64,000 nucleotides of DNA from Octopus bimaculoides (lineage: Eukaryota). Each line of letters begins with the position of its first letter. Position 1 is the stretch's first letter. Shown here in pieces: positions 13,271-25,928 of the stretch. The notes beneath the pieces were generated by a model. That model searched no databases and had not been told where the DNA came from. It worked only from the letters and a program-made list of their open reading frames with translations. The position numbers were made by a program, and so were the translations under genes. Where the stretch lies: positions 9,956,744-10,020,743 of the forward strand of contig NC_068981.1 of the NCBI RefSeq assembly GCF_001194135.2, given 5' to 3'.

Positions 13271-13555
13271 TTTTTTTTATTGATTGTGAAGAGGGTTATT
13301 TTATAATAATTAACAGTAACTGCAAGTCCTTCAATAATAAGTAACTCGGTAACAAATCGCTTTTCTTTTTATATTAGATAGTTTATGTAACTAATCCGAC
13401 GACAGACTTTGCATATTAATGCCTCAACTAAACAATCGTTGATGAACTTGTACATACCTTATACTGCGCAATCGTTGATTAATTCTTATGCATCATATTC
13501 TATACACTGAACGATCGTTGATAGATTTCTATATTCCATGTATATTCTATATGTA

Positions 13556-13870
13556 AGACGCGTGGCCTAGTGGTCAGGGATTGCACTGACGATAGCTAGA
13601 TCGTGGGTTTGATTCCAGGACCGAGCAGAGCGTTGTGTTCTTGAGCAAAACGTCATTTCATGTTGCATCAGTCCACTTAGCTGTAAATGGGTCTCCCCGT
13701 GACTTTGCGATCAGGTGGGAAGAATTGTGGCCTGCACGCATAGCCAGATAGTAGGCAGCATTCGAAACCTGAAGCGATGTGAAGGGCATTATGACCAGAG
13801 TTGTTTAACATCTGATACGTGATCATATGGTGTATTCTCAACACTGAACAACCGGTAAACTTTTATGTAC
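13556..13870 (+). mobile_element. tRNA-derived SINE, further family (related copy at about 27255-27490)
   Basis: Head gcgtggcctagtggtcaggg...tttgattcc; core ttgtgttcttgagcaaaac...cagtccacttagctgtaaa. Confidence 0.7.
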
Positions 13871-14610
13871 CTATACTTAGCAATCCTTCATAAGGTATTA
13901 TGTGTTATATAAGCTGAAAAACAGCATTACTGTATGTAAATTCAATCAACAAGTTGTGCTAACAGCTGATCTTCTTGACACCTATGATGTTGAGAATTAG
14001 CTTGCGTCATCAATAAATTAATTGTTGATTCACTTAAGAGATGTAGACTGAAATCATTACCAACAGTATTTAAGATACTTTCGTTTATTTATTTTATTTT
14101 ATTTAATAATTTGATTTATTTATTTTATTTTATTTAATAATTTAATTAAATTGAAACCCATACTACAGTATACGTGGTCTGTAGTTAAAATGTTTGGTTT
14201 ACGATCAGAAGATCGTAGGATCAATTTCTGGAGCAAGCAAGCGACGCGTTGTCTTCTCAGAAAGTAAACACGTTTTTTCTATGCTATTCATATACAAAAG
14301 AAAAGGAAAACGTAGTCTCTTGACGGACTGTTTCAAAGTTTATGGACCGCTCTTTAAAAATATTATACACTGTGTCCTTCATGAAGATATAGCACAAGTC
14401 AGCTACAATATGATATACTCATAACGATCTTCCGCACAGTTTTTGTCTACCACATTGTGCGAGCTCAGACGTTATTGTTGATTAACCCAAGACTGACTAC
14501 TTACCCAAAGTGCTACGCTGTAAGAACAAACCCGAGTCGGCGTGGTTAAAAACAAATTTCTTAACCAAATGTCTATGCTGGTACTTATATACGTTTATCA
14601 TGTAAAACAA

Positions 14611-15420
14611 CAATATTCGGTTTATTATCAAAGCTATTCAGAATGTCAATAACAAAGAATGTAGGAAATTAGCTTTTCCAATGTTTGAATCGTCTCTACA
14701 TTGGAAAACCTATTAATTTGAAGCATTAACTAGCCGTCTTCTTCGTGCTGCATCAAATTTAATATTGCTTCATTGACCTTCGTCTATCAGTCGACGATTG
14801 TCTATAACAATTATCCATAGAGTAACTTTTGTCTGATCTTATAGATCAAATAATTTTCCTGATAACAAAAGAAATATGTAATCTTAATTTCATCTAAAAT
14901 TTGTGTTTATTATGAAAAGATGACAGTGTTGACAGGGAAGTAGAAGAAATAACCATGATACCAGAGGTTCAAATCATGTTAACGAACAAAAACCATGTTT
15001 TTCCTAATTCCCAACGGCCACGCTTATCTAATGAGTTCTGAGTCTGAGCAGGGTTAATTTTCAAAATTGAAATCAAGGCCGATTACAAAATTGTCCAACG
15101 ATATGGTACCCTTCGGCCTTTATTTAATGCTTCAAAAAATTCCAAACTAGACAAATCATTAACCAAATGTATTTCTCCTCTGGATATTTTATAATGCTGG
15201 TATAAATCGACAATATTCGGTTTTGTATCAGAGAATTTACAATTTCTATAACTAAGAGTATAGGAAATTAGCTTAGCCAATGTTTGAATTGCCCGTGTAT
15301 TGGAAAAACTATTAATATAAATCATTTAACTGACCGCCTCATTAGCGTTGCACCAAATTTAATATTATTACATTGACCTTTGTCTAACGGTCAGCGATTG
15401 TCTGTAAGAAATATCCATAG
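14611..15420. repeat. Old direct duplication of about 210 bp (14611-14820 and 15211-15420)
   Basis: Shared anchors caatattcggttt, taggaaattagctt, ccaatgtttgaat, caaatttaatatt, cattgacctt and tatccatag at an offset of 599-600 bp. Confidence 0.85.
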
Positions 15421-16299
15421 ACTAATTATCCAAGAAACACTATCAATTCTGTCATGCGCATCTCTTACGATCAAACATAAATTCTTTATAGAATTAAGCT
15501 CTGATACCACAGTCAGTTCCTTCTGGCAGTTGCATAAGCCTGCTCACATCAATTAATCTACCAGTCAGTTGTCAATACTCTATTCCTCGTAAGAAAAATG
15601 AAGATACACAAATGCTAGATGTGTTCCACATTGCTAGTTGTGTATTCTGTGTGCATTCTATAGCACTTTTGGTGAGTAAACGTAAGTGTGGCCACGAAAT
15701 TTGATTTATAAATTGATCAGAGACGTGTGTGTGTGTTTATTTATTTTATTAGTGAAATCTATTTGAAAAAAGATTATTTCCTGACATCACCCTGGCATGT
15801 AAAAGTATCTAATTTAAGCTTACTAACTGAAGACACATCGTAAGGAAGGAGACGATTGAATGAGAACAGAATTTCTCACTTCACATTCTTATTGAATATT
15901 CAGATTGCTTCAATCCTGACAAGAGACCAAATTGATTACCTGGGGTCATGGACCTCTTTTTCTTTATATATATATATATATATTACTAAAACAATAAAAC
16001 ATCAAGGGAAAAAATAATATCAGCAACGACTATAGTAATACAATTATTTGTATTGTTACTGAGGAAGGGGCTAGTCAATTATATTGTCCCCAGTACTCGA
16101 CTTGTACTTATTTTATCGACCCCCGAATGGATGAAAGATACAGTAGACCTTGGCGGAATTCGACTTCAGAATGTAAAGTCGAACAAAATGACACAATGCA
16201 TTTTGCTCGACGTGCTAACGCTCCTGCTAGCTCATCGCCATAATAATAATAGTAAGAAGAAGAAGAAGACACAGAAGACATAGAAGCTGAAGACACAGC

Positions 16300-16566
16300 A
16301 ACACTAATACAACCAAGCAGGACAACTGAAAAATAACTCTCAAAGACTGGAATATCTACAATTTCCTGTGGGTATTTAAAATTTCCTTCAAAATAAGTTA
16401 AGAGACTGACATATCTACTGTTTTCGAGGTGGGTTCAAGGCACTTGAAAGATCATTGAAAACTAGTGGATACCTAAGGTCACAGGTAGTAACCCGCTACC
16501 CACATAAATCCTACCAGGAATAAGACTGAACCTGAGCCAAACCAAAATAATAATAGTAATAATAGT
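16300..16566 (+). mobile_element. 3' end of an R4/Dong-like RLE non-LTR retrotransposon
   Basis: Decayed GT.KII.KLVDT* C-terminus (ggcacttgaaagatcattgaaaactagtggatacctaa), short 3' UTR and (AAT)n tail. Confidence 0.5.
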
Positions 16567-16569
16567 CTT

Positions 16570-17250
16570 TTCTTATTGGCCAGAATGGCTAAACACAAAA
16601 AAGGGGGCGATTCTACACAAGGGACAAGTGGAGCTTAGCACAATATTCGTGTATAAAATAAAATAAAACAATAACAAATGACAACAAAAATTTAACAAAA
16701 TCGCCCTAAATAAGGGGATTTCTTCTCAGCGTTAACTAAGGATCCCCACACATTCTGGTCACTCCGGACGCCTAGAGCACCTCAGACAGGCACCTCACTT
16801 CTCAACTCTTCCGACTTACAAGCGTATGTTCAAAGTAGGCCCATTCACACGGGCCATCCTCGCCACATTCTCCGAGAAAAATATTCGGGGTCAGCATTTC
16901 CCTCCCCAGTCTCGGTTTCCTTTTCAGGTGGAACTTGAAAAATTCTATGAAGGCTTGGCTGAAGAAAAAAGGCCTTTCATTCTCATCCACCACACTACCG
17001 ATTTCGCTATAGCCACCAGCAGAGGAAAACTGCCTTCCCTCGCTGCCAAAAGAAGGTGCCCGGGCGATCTTCACGATGGACTCGGCTGATAATAGGATCC
17101 ATCCTACACACGTCAACAGCTGTTCGACAAAGCTACACAAGTCAGCAATGCTGGAACACTGGACGAGTGTATGCAGAACGGTTTCAGACAGGTCTGTCTG
17201 GCGGCAGATCCATGGCTGTAGAGCTTGTCTCGAACCAGTAGAGTTCACTA
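16570..17250 (-). mobile_element. 5'-truncated L1/Tx1-clade LINE 3' end
   Basis: ORF 16802-17248 contains the C-terminal CCHC-like motif CRQTDLSETVLHTLVQC..IADLCSFVEQLL typical of L1/Tx1 ORF2. Confidence 0.65.
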
Positions 17251-17531
17251 GTAATATAATAAAGAAGAAGAAGAAGAAGGAATGTTTACATATTCGTGAT
17301 GGTATTTTGACAGATTCGTGAATATGTAGTTATGCACATGTAAATACATATACAGCAAAACCTGCTATAATATACAAGCATATATTGGTGAAAATGATAT
17401 ATCACCGCCACCACAATCACCTGCATTACTCTACTACACTACTCCTCAGTTTTTGTCTGTGTCACTCTCATTTTCTCTCTCGCCTTTTCGATAAATCTCC
17501 CGCCAGTCTTCTTCAATTATTTGCTTTCCTT

Positions 17532-17577
<46 letters not shown>

Positions 17578-18779
17578 NNNNNNNNNNNNNNNNNNNNNNN
17601 NNNNNNNNNNNNNNNNNNNNNNNNNNNNNNNNNNNNNNNNNNNNNNNNNNNNNNNNNNNNNNNNNNNNNNNNNNNNNNNNNNNNNNNNNNNNNNNNNNNN
17701 NNNNNNNNNNNNNNNNNNNNNNNNNNNNNNNNNNNNNNNNNNNNNNNNNNNNNNNNNNNNNNNNNNNNNNNNNNNNNNNNNNNNNNNNNNNNNNNNNNNN
17801 NNNNNNNNNNNNNNNNNNNNNNNNNNNNNNNNNNNNNNNNNNNNNNNNNNNNNNNNNNNNNNNNNNNNNNNNNNNNNNNNNNNNNNNNNNNNNNNNNNNN
17901 NNNNNNNNNNNNNNNNNNNNNNNNNNNNNNNNNNNNNNNNNNNNNNNNNNNNNNNNNNNNNNNNNNNNNNNNNNNNNNNNNNNNNNNNNNNNNNNNNNNN
18001 NNNNNNNNNNNNNNNNNNNNNNNNNNNNNNNNNNNNNNNNNNNNNNNNNNNNNNNNNNNNNNNNNNNNNNNNNNNNNNNNNNNNNNNNNNNNNNNNNNNN
18101 NNNNNNNNNNNNNNNNNNNNNNNNNNNNNNNNNNNNNNNNNNNNNNNNNNNNNNNNNNNNNNNNNNNNNNNNNNNNNNNNNNNNNNNNNNNNNNNNNNNN
18201 NNNNNNNNNNNNNNNNNNNCGGCGTTCGATAGCTGCTGACCTTGGTGAGAGAGACAAAAACCTGGCAATCTTATATCTTCTTTTCCAGTGAAATTCTTCA
18301 CTGATATCGAAAAGGTGAAAACAAGCAATGTTAATTCTCTAAATGAAGTATTAACAGTAACTGCACGATAAAGTGTAGTATATTGCCACTTAAGTGTGGC
18401 TGACCCCTAGGGGTGGATGTTACTGTTGCTTTTAGCCCCAGGAGGACATCTCCTCCAGCTGGCTTATCGACACACGACTGTGTCCTGTTTGCCAAGGGAA
18501 GTTATCCCTCTCACCATATATATATATATGCTTCTCGCTTTTTATTCAATGCTAGTCAGTTATATACATACATCACACACTATTAGCAGCTGCGACTTAC
18601 AGGATAGAGCGGGTGATACAATGTAATGTTATATAAAAGCATGGCCCCTGGAAGGCTCAATATCTATTACTGGTCTGTAAACTGCTCCTTCAGCTGTTTT
18701 CAATTCTCTATAGGATGAACCTTCAGCTGGATGACCAATTTTGGTTGTACGTTTACAAGTCCACGGCGTGCTCATCGAT

Positions 18780-19400
18780 TGCAGTTGTTTTGAGATTTAT
18801 TCATGTTCTTCTGAAATTCAATATGAGATCAAAGGCTACAAGTGATGTCACAGGAGCTATTTAGAACTTATTCTGTTGCAGATACATATTCATATCCTCC
18901 AGCAAGTACAGTAGACTTACGTATGATAACATCAATGACATGGAATTGCAAGCAACGGGACTACTACAGATATTGAAGTAGATAACATTGGAATGCAGAT
19001 CAAAATCTATCGAACCGTTGTGATCATTTAGACATTCTGTTGACAGGTTCATAAATTTGATTCTTGAGTCTGCAAATTGAAATGAAACAACTAAATATGA
19101 GAAACCAAAAGAAAATTTAAGAATGAAAAGCAGCCAAGTGATGATAGCTACGCAAAAATCATGACATATATGCAGATTTCAATTCTGTAATTGAGGGTCA
19201 AACAAGATTTGAAGAAGCAATAGAAATTTCGGGTAATTTTTTATTCCACTGGCAATTACTGGCCATATAAGAAAATCTTTTGACCAAAACGTGCAGAAGT
19301 TTAAAATGCTGATGGTAATATCAAATAAGTTTCAAATGATATAATAGACATGAAAAACTGATACATAGTGGAAACTTGGGGAAATCATCTCTCATGTCCA
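18780..19400 (+). pseudogene. Highly decayed RTE-like reverse transcriptase relic
   Basis: Frameshifted remnants QRLQVMSQELFRTYS (cf. RQGCVLSPELFNLYS), NIGMQIKIYRTVVI (cf. GL.IN..KTK.MVI) and EAIEISGNFLF (cf. E.IE.V..F.YLG). Confidence 0.35.
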
Positions 19401-20550
19401 TAAATTTATTCAACAATATATACAACTACAAGCTGGAAACATTGTTCCCAATCTTTATTCATGTCCCCAGATTATTTCGTTCTATTAAGTCTGGCATTGG
19501 TACATGGAATGCCAGCCTCAGTAGAATGTTTATTCACTAAGCTTAAACTAATAAATACCTGTGTCAGAACAATATATAACATAAAGTCGTCTGGTGGAGG
19601 TTGGGGAGCTTGGCTCGATTCAGCATAAATATTAATACCTGAGACGCCAATTAATAATTATTAATAATTTGTTTAGCAATTCTAATGTTCGGCAACAGAA
19701 ATCTGAATATGATTACTTACATTTTGACAAATGCCAGCTGTCGAATTTTAAGTGTGAAACGAAGAATGAAGTGCGTTATTTTAATGAAAACTTTTGAAAT
19801 AATTTTGACCTTATTTTTAATGATTGCCAAAATTAGTAGAGCGTCATATATAATGCATTATAGTGTTTAGTGGTGTCAGTTGAACGTTTCCAAGTTCAAA
19901 TCCCACCAGATCGATTTTGCATTTAATGGGGTTTTTAAAATACTGTTCCAGTTAGTTACCTCTCGATTTAATCGACTCTAACTTCCCGCCAAATGTATTT
20001 CCTAATTTCTAAAATCGTGCTTCTTATTTTTACACATAAGCCAGTGTTAAAACCTATTTTAAAAAAGCACCAACCAACAAGATGATCTTTACACGTTTAT
20101 TTGATATGCTAAAACAGATTCCAAATCTCCCTCAAATCTCCCTCAAATAATAAATGAAGTGCACGTTTCGTATAAACGTTATTTCCGAAAGATAGATTAG
20201 CCACGGTAGAAGTCTTATGGCGAGATGCTTGTTGTCGTCAGGGCTGATCTGGAGCTAAACTATTACTAATAACACTTATTTCAAAAGTAACTCACTAACT
20301 CAATATTTGTCAGAAATTTTCTGTATATTTTATAGCGGCAGAAATTGTCACTTTAATTTACACGCGTTTCGAGTGAGAATGTGTCTATCGACAACATAGT
20401 GATCGTTAAAAAATAATATTCTGGGTTTTAAGTTAAGTCATACAACAGCATCAATGACTTTAGCTAATATGACAGTTTGTGTATTGCTAAATATGTATAT
20501 ATGTTTATTGATATTTGATTTACCTGTATGTCTAAATACCTTGTAATAAA

Positions 20551-20580
20551 GTATACTTTTCTTTTTCTTTCCAGGTAAGT
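20551..20580 (+). other. Juxtaposed 3' and 5' splice-site motif (recursive-splice-like, or donor of a 5' UTR exon)
   Basis: ttttctttttctttccag|gtaagt. Confidence 0.4.
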
Positions 20581-20677
20581 GATGTGAAACTCATATAATT
20601 TCAATCTGGAGAAAAGAGTGGTGAGCATACTAAATAAGTCAGAATATAATGCCTTCTCATGTATCATCTCCTTTCAG

Positions 20678-20700
20678 GCGGTTATCTATCAAATACCTAA
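20678..20700 (+). other. Candidate 23-nt non-coding microexon
   Basis: Acceptor catctcctttcag, donor aa|gtgagt. Confidence 0.35.
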
Positions 20701-21728
20701 GTGAGTACCCACATCATTACTCAACTTAGCCGAAATATTTTAATTAATTAGAATTACACCTGTAGTGAGGAGGAGAAGATCATAAGCTTAAATACCAATT
20801 TTCCATAATTGTTTTTATATATTTCCCATTCCATCGCAAATATTGTGCAATATATTAGTTTAAGTAATTATCTCACTCTAATATGGCTGGGTCAGAGATA
20901 ATATGAGTTACATTGTTTAACCATTATAAATCTACCTGAATGAAAACATTCAGCACCATTAGGTATTCAGGTTTACTATTTATGGTTTATTTTATTCACA
21001 GAATATTAAATTCCCATTTAATATTCTGAGAAATTGATTTGAGCTTGTAAAGCTTTATAAAAGAAATAAAATAAGGTAAAAAAATTGATATTCCTCTAAT
21101 TAATCTCTTATATCCATTAGGTGTCAATATCAAAAGTGAATAGTATTTGTCAATGGCTTACTATATTATATTTTATATTTTTCCGATTACATTTATATTT
21201 AGAACGATTATATTTATATTTTTTTACAGTTAATGCAAATTCATGATTAATCTTATTTGATTAATTTAAATTCTTACATTTCAATTGAACGGATATTGTC
21301 AGAACAAGAATACTGTTGTCATAGTTTGTTAAATGAATGGCTGACTAAAATATACAAATGTGCTTCATATTGAGAAACAGAATTTCATACTCGAATAGAC
21401 GCTACGTAGTAAATTATGTAGATCATAGAACCACATAATTAGCAATAGATAAATCGTGTGTATTGGTAGTGTGATCATCTTACTCATCTGGGAAATTCAG
21501 CATTTAATCTCAGAGAACGACCTAGAAGCAGAATGCATTAAGCAATGATAGTCTGTCATACATCTAAGGGATGTGCAAATATAGTTGGAAATGTTTACAC
21601 AAAGAATTGTGCGTGTAGGTATGTATTTCAGCATCCATACAAGCATTTTCGCACAATTCTTCATACGAGCACAAAAAGAAATGATATAAAAGAATTCTAG
21701 ATAGTCTAGAATCTTCACCATTTACAGG

Positions 21729-21791
21729 ATGGATAATAAAGAAGCTGAAACAGAAGTACCATTGTTCGAAGCCATAAATCAGAAGATTCAG
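21729..21791 (+). CDS. Candidate first coding exon of an unidentified gene (MDNKEAETEVPLFEAINQKIQ)
   Basis: Acceptor tcttcaccatttacag|g immediately followed by ATG, 21 open codons and a phase-0 donor cag|gtgagg. No homology recognised and no downstream exon established. Confidence 0.35.
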
Positions 21792-22335
21792 GTGAGGAAA
21801 ATACAGTAGACAATTGTAGCAGAAAAAACGTTATTGGTTTGAGCTCACCTTATACACTTATGTGAGTGTCAGTGCGTGTGCACTTGTTCGCGTGTGTATC
21901 GAGTGAATGCAAAAGCGATATTTTCAGCAAGACTTTACGTGTGTGTGTGTGTGAGACGATAATGAACAAATATTTCTGTATACTTCAAGGAAATTCACGC
22001 AATTAAGGGAACTTTATTTAGAATCATTATATTTTTGGAAGACTCATTGACATCTGTGATATTTTTATACTAGATCTTTAAATATTCATTTAGCTCTCAG
22101 ACTATCGTATTATATCTTAATCAAAGAAACTCTGAAGTAGACGCCTTTTGTTCCTGTGATGTATTAATCACTTAAAACTAAAAGCACCAATTAATTATTT
22201 GTTATGCTTTTATAAGAGGGAAAACACATGAAAATATTTATTCCATTTTCATTTAAAGGTTTATATAGAGAGAAACAGTTACAAAGACAGACGAGCTACA
22301 TAGTTGAATAGACAGACTGACGGACAAACAAACAA

Positions 22336-22392
<57 letters not shown>

Positions 22393-23567
22393 CGAGTTAA
22401 ATAGTTTCCCCTACCCGAAGTCGTTCAGTCTATTAATATAGGAAAGTTGTAACGTTGGCCCTGTCGTAAGAAGTTTGCTTCCCAGCCTCAAGGTCGACCT
22501 TTGCCTTGTAAGTGGATTATAGCTACAAGCTATCAAAGGTACTATCATAATATGTAAAACATTCAAAACAACAGATATAAATCACATATTCATCCATATG
22601 AACGTGCACACGTATGTTTTCTATGCTTATACGTAAGTCAAATCATACAGAACTTCATATCAATATGACATCCATTCCTACAACCACTTATGAGTCTGCA
22701 TATGTATATGCTCACAAGTGTTTACAAAACCATATATTACACCATTGTTATATATGCATGCATACAGTTATGTATGTACACAAACGATGTGATATTCACT
22801 AAATTCCAATGAAAGAACATTGCTTCTACGTTAACTCATGACTTTACATGGATGAAAAATTCGAAAACTAAAATGAAGAAAATACAATACATATTCTCAC
22901 ACACATGCACACTCGAGTACACACGCGCGTGTGTACATATACAAACACACATACATACATACATACAAGCATATGTGTGTATACATATACTTATATACAC
23001 ATGAATAATGTATGCACTTCCATGTATACTATTAAGTTGTTAATACACTCATATGTCTATCTACTTATCGATTATTTCTCTTTTTATTAGTCCCGCTTTT
23101 TACATATTGTTGCAATTATCTGCTAATCATTAATTATAATACACACAGCCTACTTGAATTATTTTCGTAACTTCCACCTTATCTACTTTATGTCTTCATC
23201 GGTCATTAAATATAAAACGAAGTAACATTCAGTCAGTTATATGGGTAACACGTGAACTATATTAGTAATATAAATTTAATTAGATTCCTGATACATTGAT
23301 TTTAGCAAGAAAACTAATAAGAATTTTTTAACATCTATAAATCTTTTAAAGTTTCCTCTGCGTCGTATGCCTTCAGTTATACACACAAGTTTGTAATTTT
23401 ATATGAAAGATCTTCAAGAAAGACAACAGACGTTAGACAAGATTAACTATTTTAATGACAGGCTAGCGGTTTATGTGTTTTCATAGTGGTTGTGTTGTTC
23501 ATTTTGTATTTATTTAATAAAACATTGAACCGTTGAACAAAATATATATATTTATATTTCTCTTATG

Positions 23568-23630
<63 letters not shown>

Positions 23631-23711
23631 GTCATTTCATGGTGGACAGCGTTTTGAATTATAAAGTCAATGTTAAATTAATCCATTAGGGAGGTGGATA
23701 AGCGTCTGTTG

Positions 23712-24490
23712 AAATAGCATTCTGCATAAGTTACCTAACCTGAATACACATGAGAAAGCCAAAAATCTGAGGAATTTGTCGGAAAAAGGTATCTCGTATA
23801 GACGTACAGTGTTAAAAATCATAGACATATATTAGTAGTAGACGAAGAACGTCTAGTAGCGGCGGTTGAATCGCTAAATCTAGATTTCTGATCTTTTGAA
23901 CGTCATCGGTAGCAGGTATTCGCTAGCAATTCCAGCTTTGGAAAATTTTTACCTCTACTGATATACAAAAACAGTGACTATCAATTCACTGGTGTCTCGA
24001 TTAGCCAGCATGCAAAATAAAAATTTGTTAATGGCGACAGAAGCAGTATTATTTCAAAATGGGATTTTGTTTATCTTACTTAACGTGGATATACTGTATA
24101 AAGTCTGAACATTGCAGTATTAGTCTGAAGAAAGCATCTCGTATAAAAAACATCTCGTACATAAAACATACTATTTTATCAGTCACAGGTAACAAGTGTC
24201 TAACAGCAGCGATGGAATTGCTAAATTTAGATATCTGCTTCTTTGAGCGTTATCAGTAGCAAGTATCCGCTAGTGAATGTATGTTTAGAAAAAAATTAGC
24301 CTCGACTGACAAATAAAAACAAGGATTAACAAGTTACTGATGCCGCAAGTAACCGACAAGAAAAATAAAATTTCGTTCGGAAACAGTAATAATTTAAAAT
24401 AGCATTCTGTACATCTTACTATGCAAATATACTATAGAAAACCAGAAATCTGCGGCATTGCCTCGAGAAAGCATCTCATATAGACGTTTG
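23712..24490. repeat. Diverged tandem repeat, unit about 340-345 bp, about 2.3 copies
   Basis: atctc(g/a)tata at 23791, 24136 and 24473; gctaaat.tagat at 23873 and 24220; aaatagcattctg at 23712 and 24397. Confidence 0.8.
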
Positions 24491-25029
24491 TTAATTCAAC
24501 CAACTGAGATGGTGGAATGGCTGAATTACTTATACGTCAGTGAAAGAGTGTTTATTGCATTTGGCCACCGCTGTTTACGTTCGGATTTAGAATTCTGTTG
24601 AAGACAACTTTGCCTTTCATCTTTCTACACTTGATAAATTAAACTAGTAGTCATGTTCTGGGGTTAACTCTATTCTTACCCCCAATCGTAACACTTCCTG
24701 TCTATGTCAGAAATCAGTTTAACACATTCATATGAAACATAAAGTAAATCAATACCTATTGAAGTCTGCGAAACCTCAGAAAATTGGAGGTGTTCAACAT
24801 GTTTAACCCTGGGTCAACTTGAAGCAGATCTATGATCGAAAGCGTTTTATTCATGAATAATTTGTTTGGTTTTATATTCAGAACTATGTTGTCCATTGTG
24901 AACCTCTTTAATATATATGAGTTTGATTTGAGGGAGTTTAGTATTAATTTCTAGCAAGTCAGTCCTTCACATTGTGGATCTCTCGTTGAAACGCTGGTGT
25001 AATTGCTGCAACTGTTATGGTTCAAGTCA

Positions 25030-25530
25030 GTCCTGATGGAGCAGACATGTGATCAAAGGCATTTTGCTGGGGAGTACCCCGGTTTCAGAATTTTTTTCGC
25101 GTCTCTTTCGTCCCATGTGTTCTTCTTCTAATGACAGTGAATGTTTCAAGAGAAGTGTAAAAGCCATTTCTAGCTGGTCGAGCGACTCCCGTAGTTTCAA
25201 TCTATGGCCTTTAGATGCTCCGATGTTACCGGTCGGAGGTGGAGTAGATCGAGCGGGTAAGATCAATAGCATTACGTCCGCCTATAACACCTATAATTCT
25301 ATGTCCACTCAAATGTATCCCAGACTTCTAATTGATTTCTCTGTCTGTCATCGTCAGTAGCGATAGAATTTTACTAACACTTCGCGAAACAATAATCCTA
25401 ATTTATTCCTCCGTTTCTAAGATGCGATATATCGTACAAACTTCTCCAAACTGATGACACCAGCATCATGGTGCTGTAAACATGATGCAGGTAGATTCAT
25501 ATCCTTTTGAACAACACTTGACACATTTTT
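25030..25530 (-). pseudogene. Possible decayed CR1/L2-type LINE C-terminal fragment
   Basis: Remnants VSSVWRSLYDISHL (cf. SSVWSP...DI..LE) and SKGHRLKL (cf. TRGH.LKL) in shifting frames. Confidence 0.3.
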
Positions 25531-25928
25531 GATCTGCAGGTAAAATGCTAGTGGATCAATATTTCTGGTAGATGATCTAAAAAGCATTATATATATTAAT
25601 TTCAACCTTCATATGATCTAAAATTTTTCGAGTAGTAAGTATTGATTAAATTTCTATCTTACTTTTTCTGTGTTTTATTAAAACATCATTCATGATTCGG
25701 TGTATTTTCAACCGTCTGTAATATCTTAACATTCATATATTCACTTCAGAGTACGATAAAACCACGCTAGACGTTGTTTTAACCGAATTAATCTGACTGC
25801 ACTCTTTATAAAGCAATAATAGTTACTATAGACACACATACATAAATACATACACATTTACATACACACATACACATATAAGTATGTATGTATGCTTGTG
25901 TGAATGAATGAATTTAACCAATATATTA

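Noticed and set aside
18392-18525. GC-rich structured segment (acccctaggggt palindrome, ggagga/tcctcc hairpin) considered as an HDV-like or twister ribozyme
   Set aside because: I could not fit P1.1/J4-2 or twister core nucleotides on either strand. It is probably a retroelement end.
18921-19069. Minus-strand exon-like segment (acceptor tttgcag, donor gtaagt) that joins in frame to 12750-12860 to give a membrane-like peptide
   Set aside because: The opposite strand shows RTE RT remnants, 12640-12900 may be a Tc1/maT C-terminal relic, no homology was recognised, and such site pairs are frequent by chance in AT-rich DNA
25027-25360. Overlapping 81-aa and 103-aa ORFs as host genes
   Set aside because: Better explained as a decayed LINE fragment and its antisense frame
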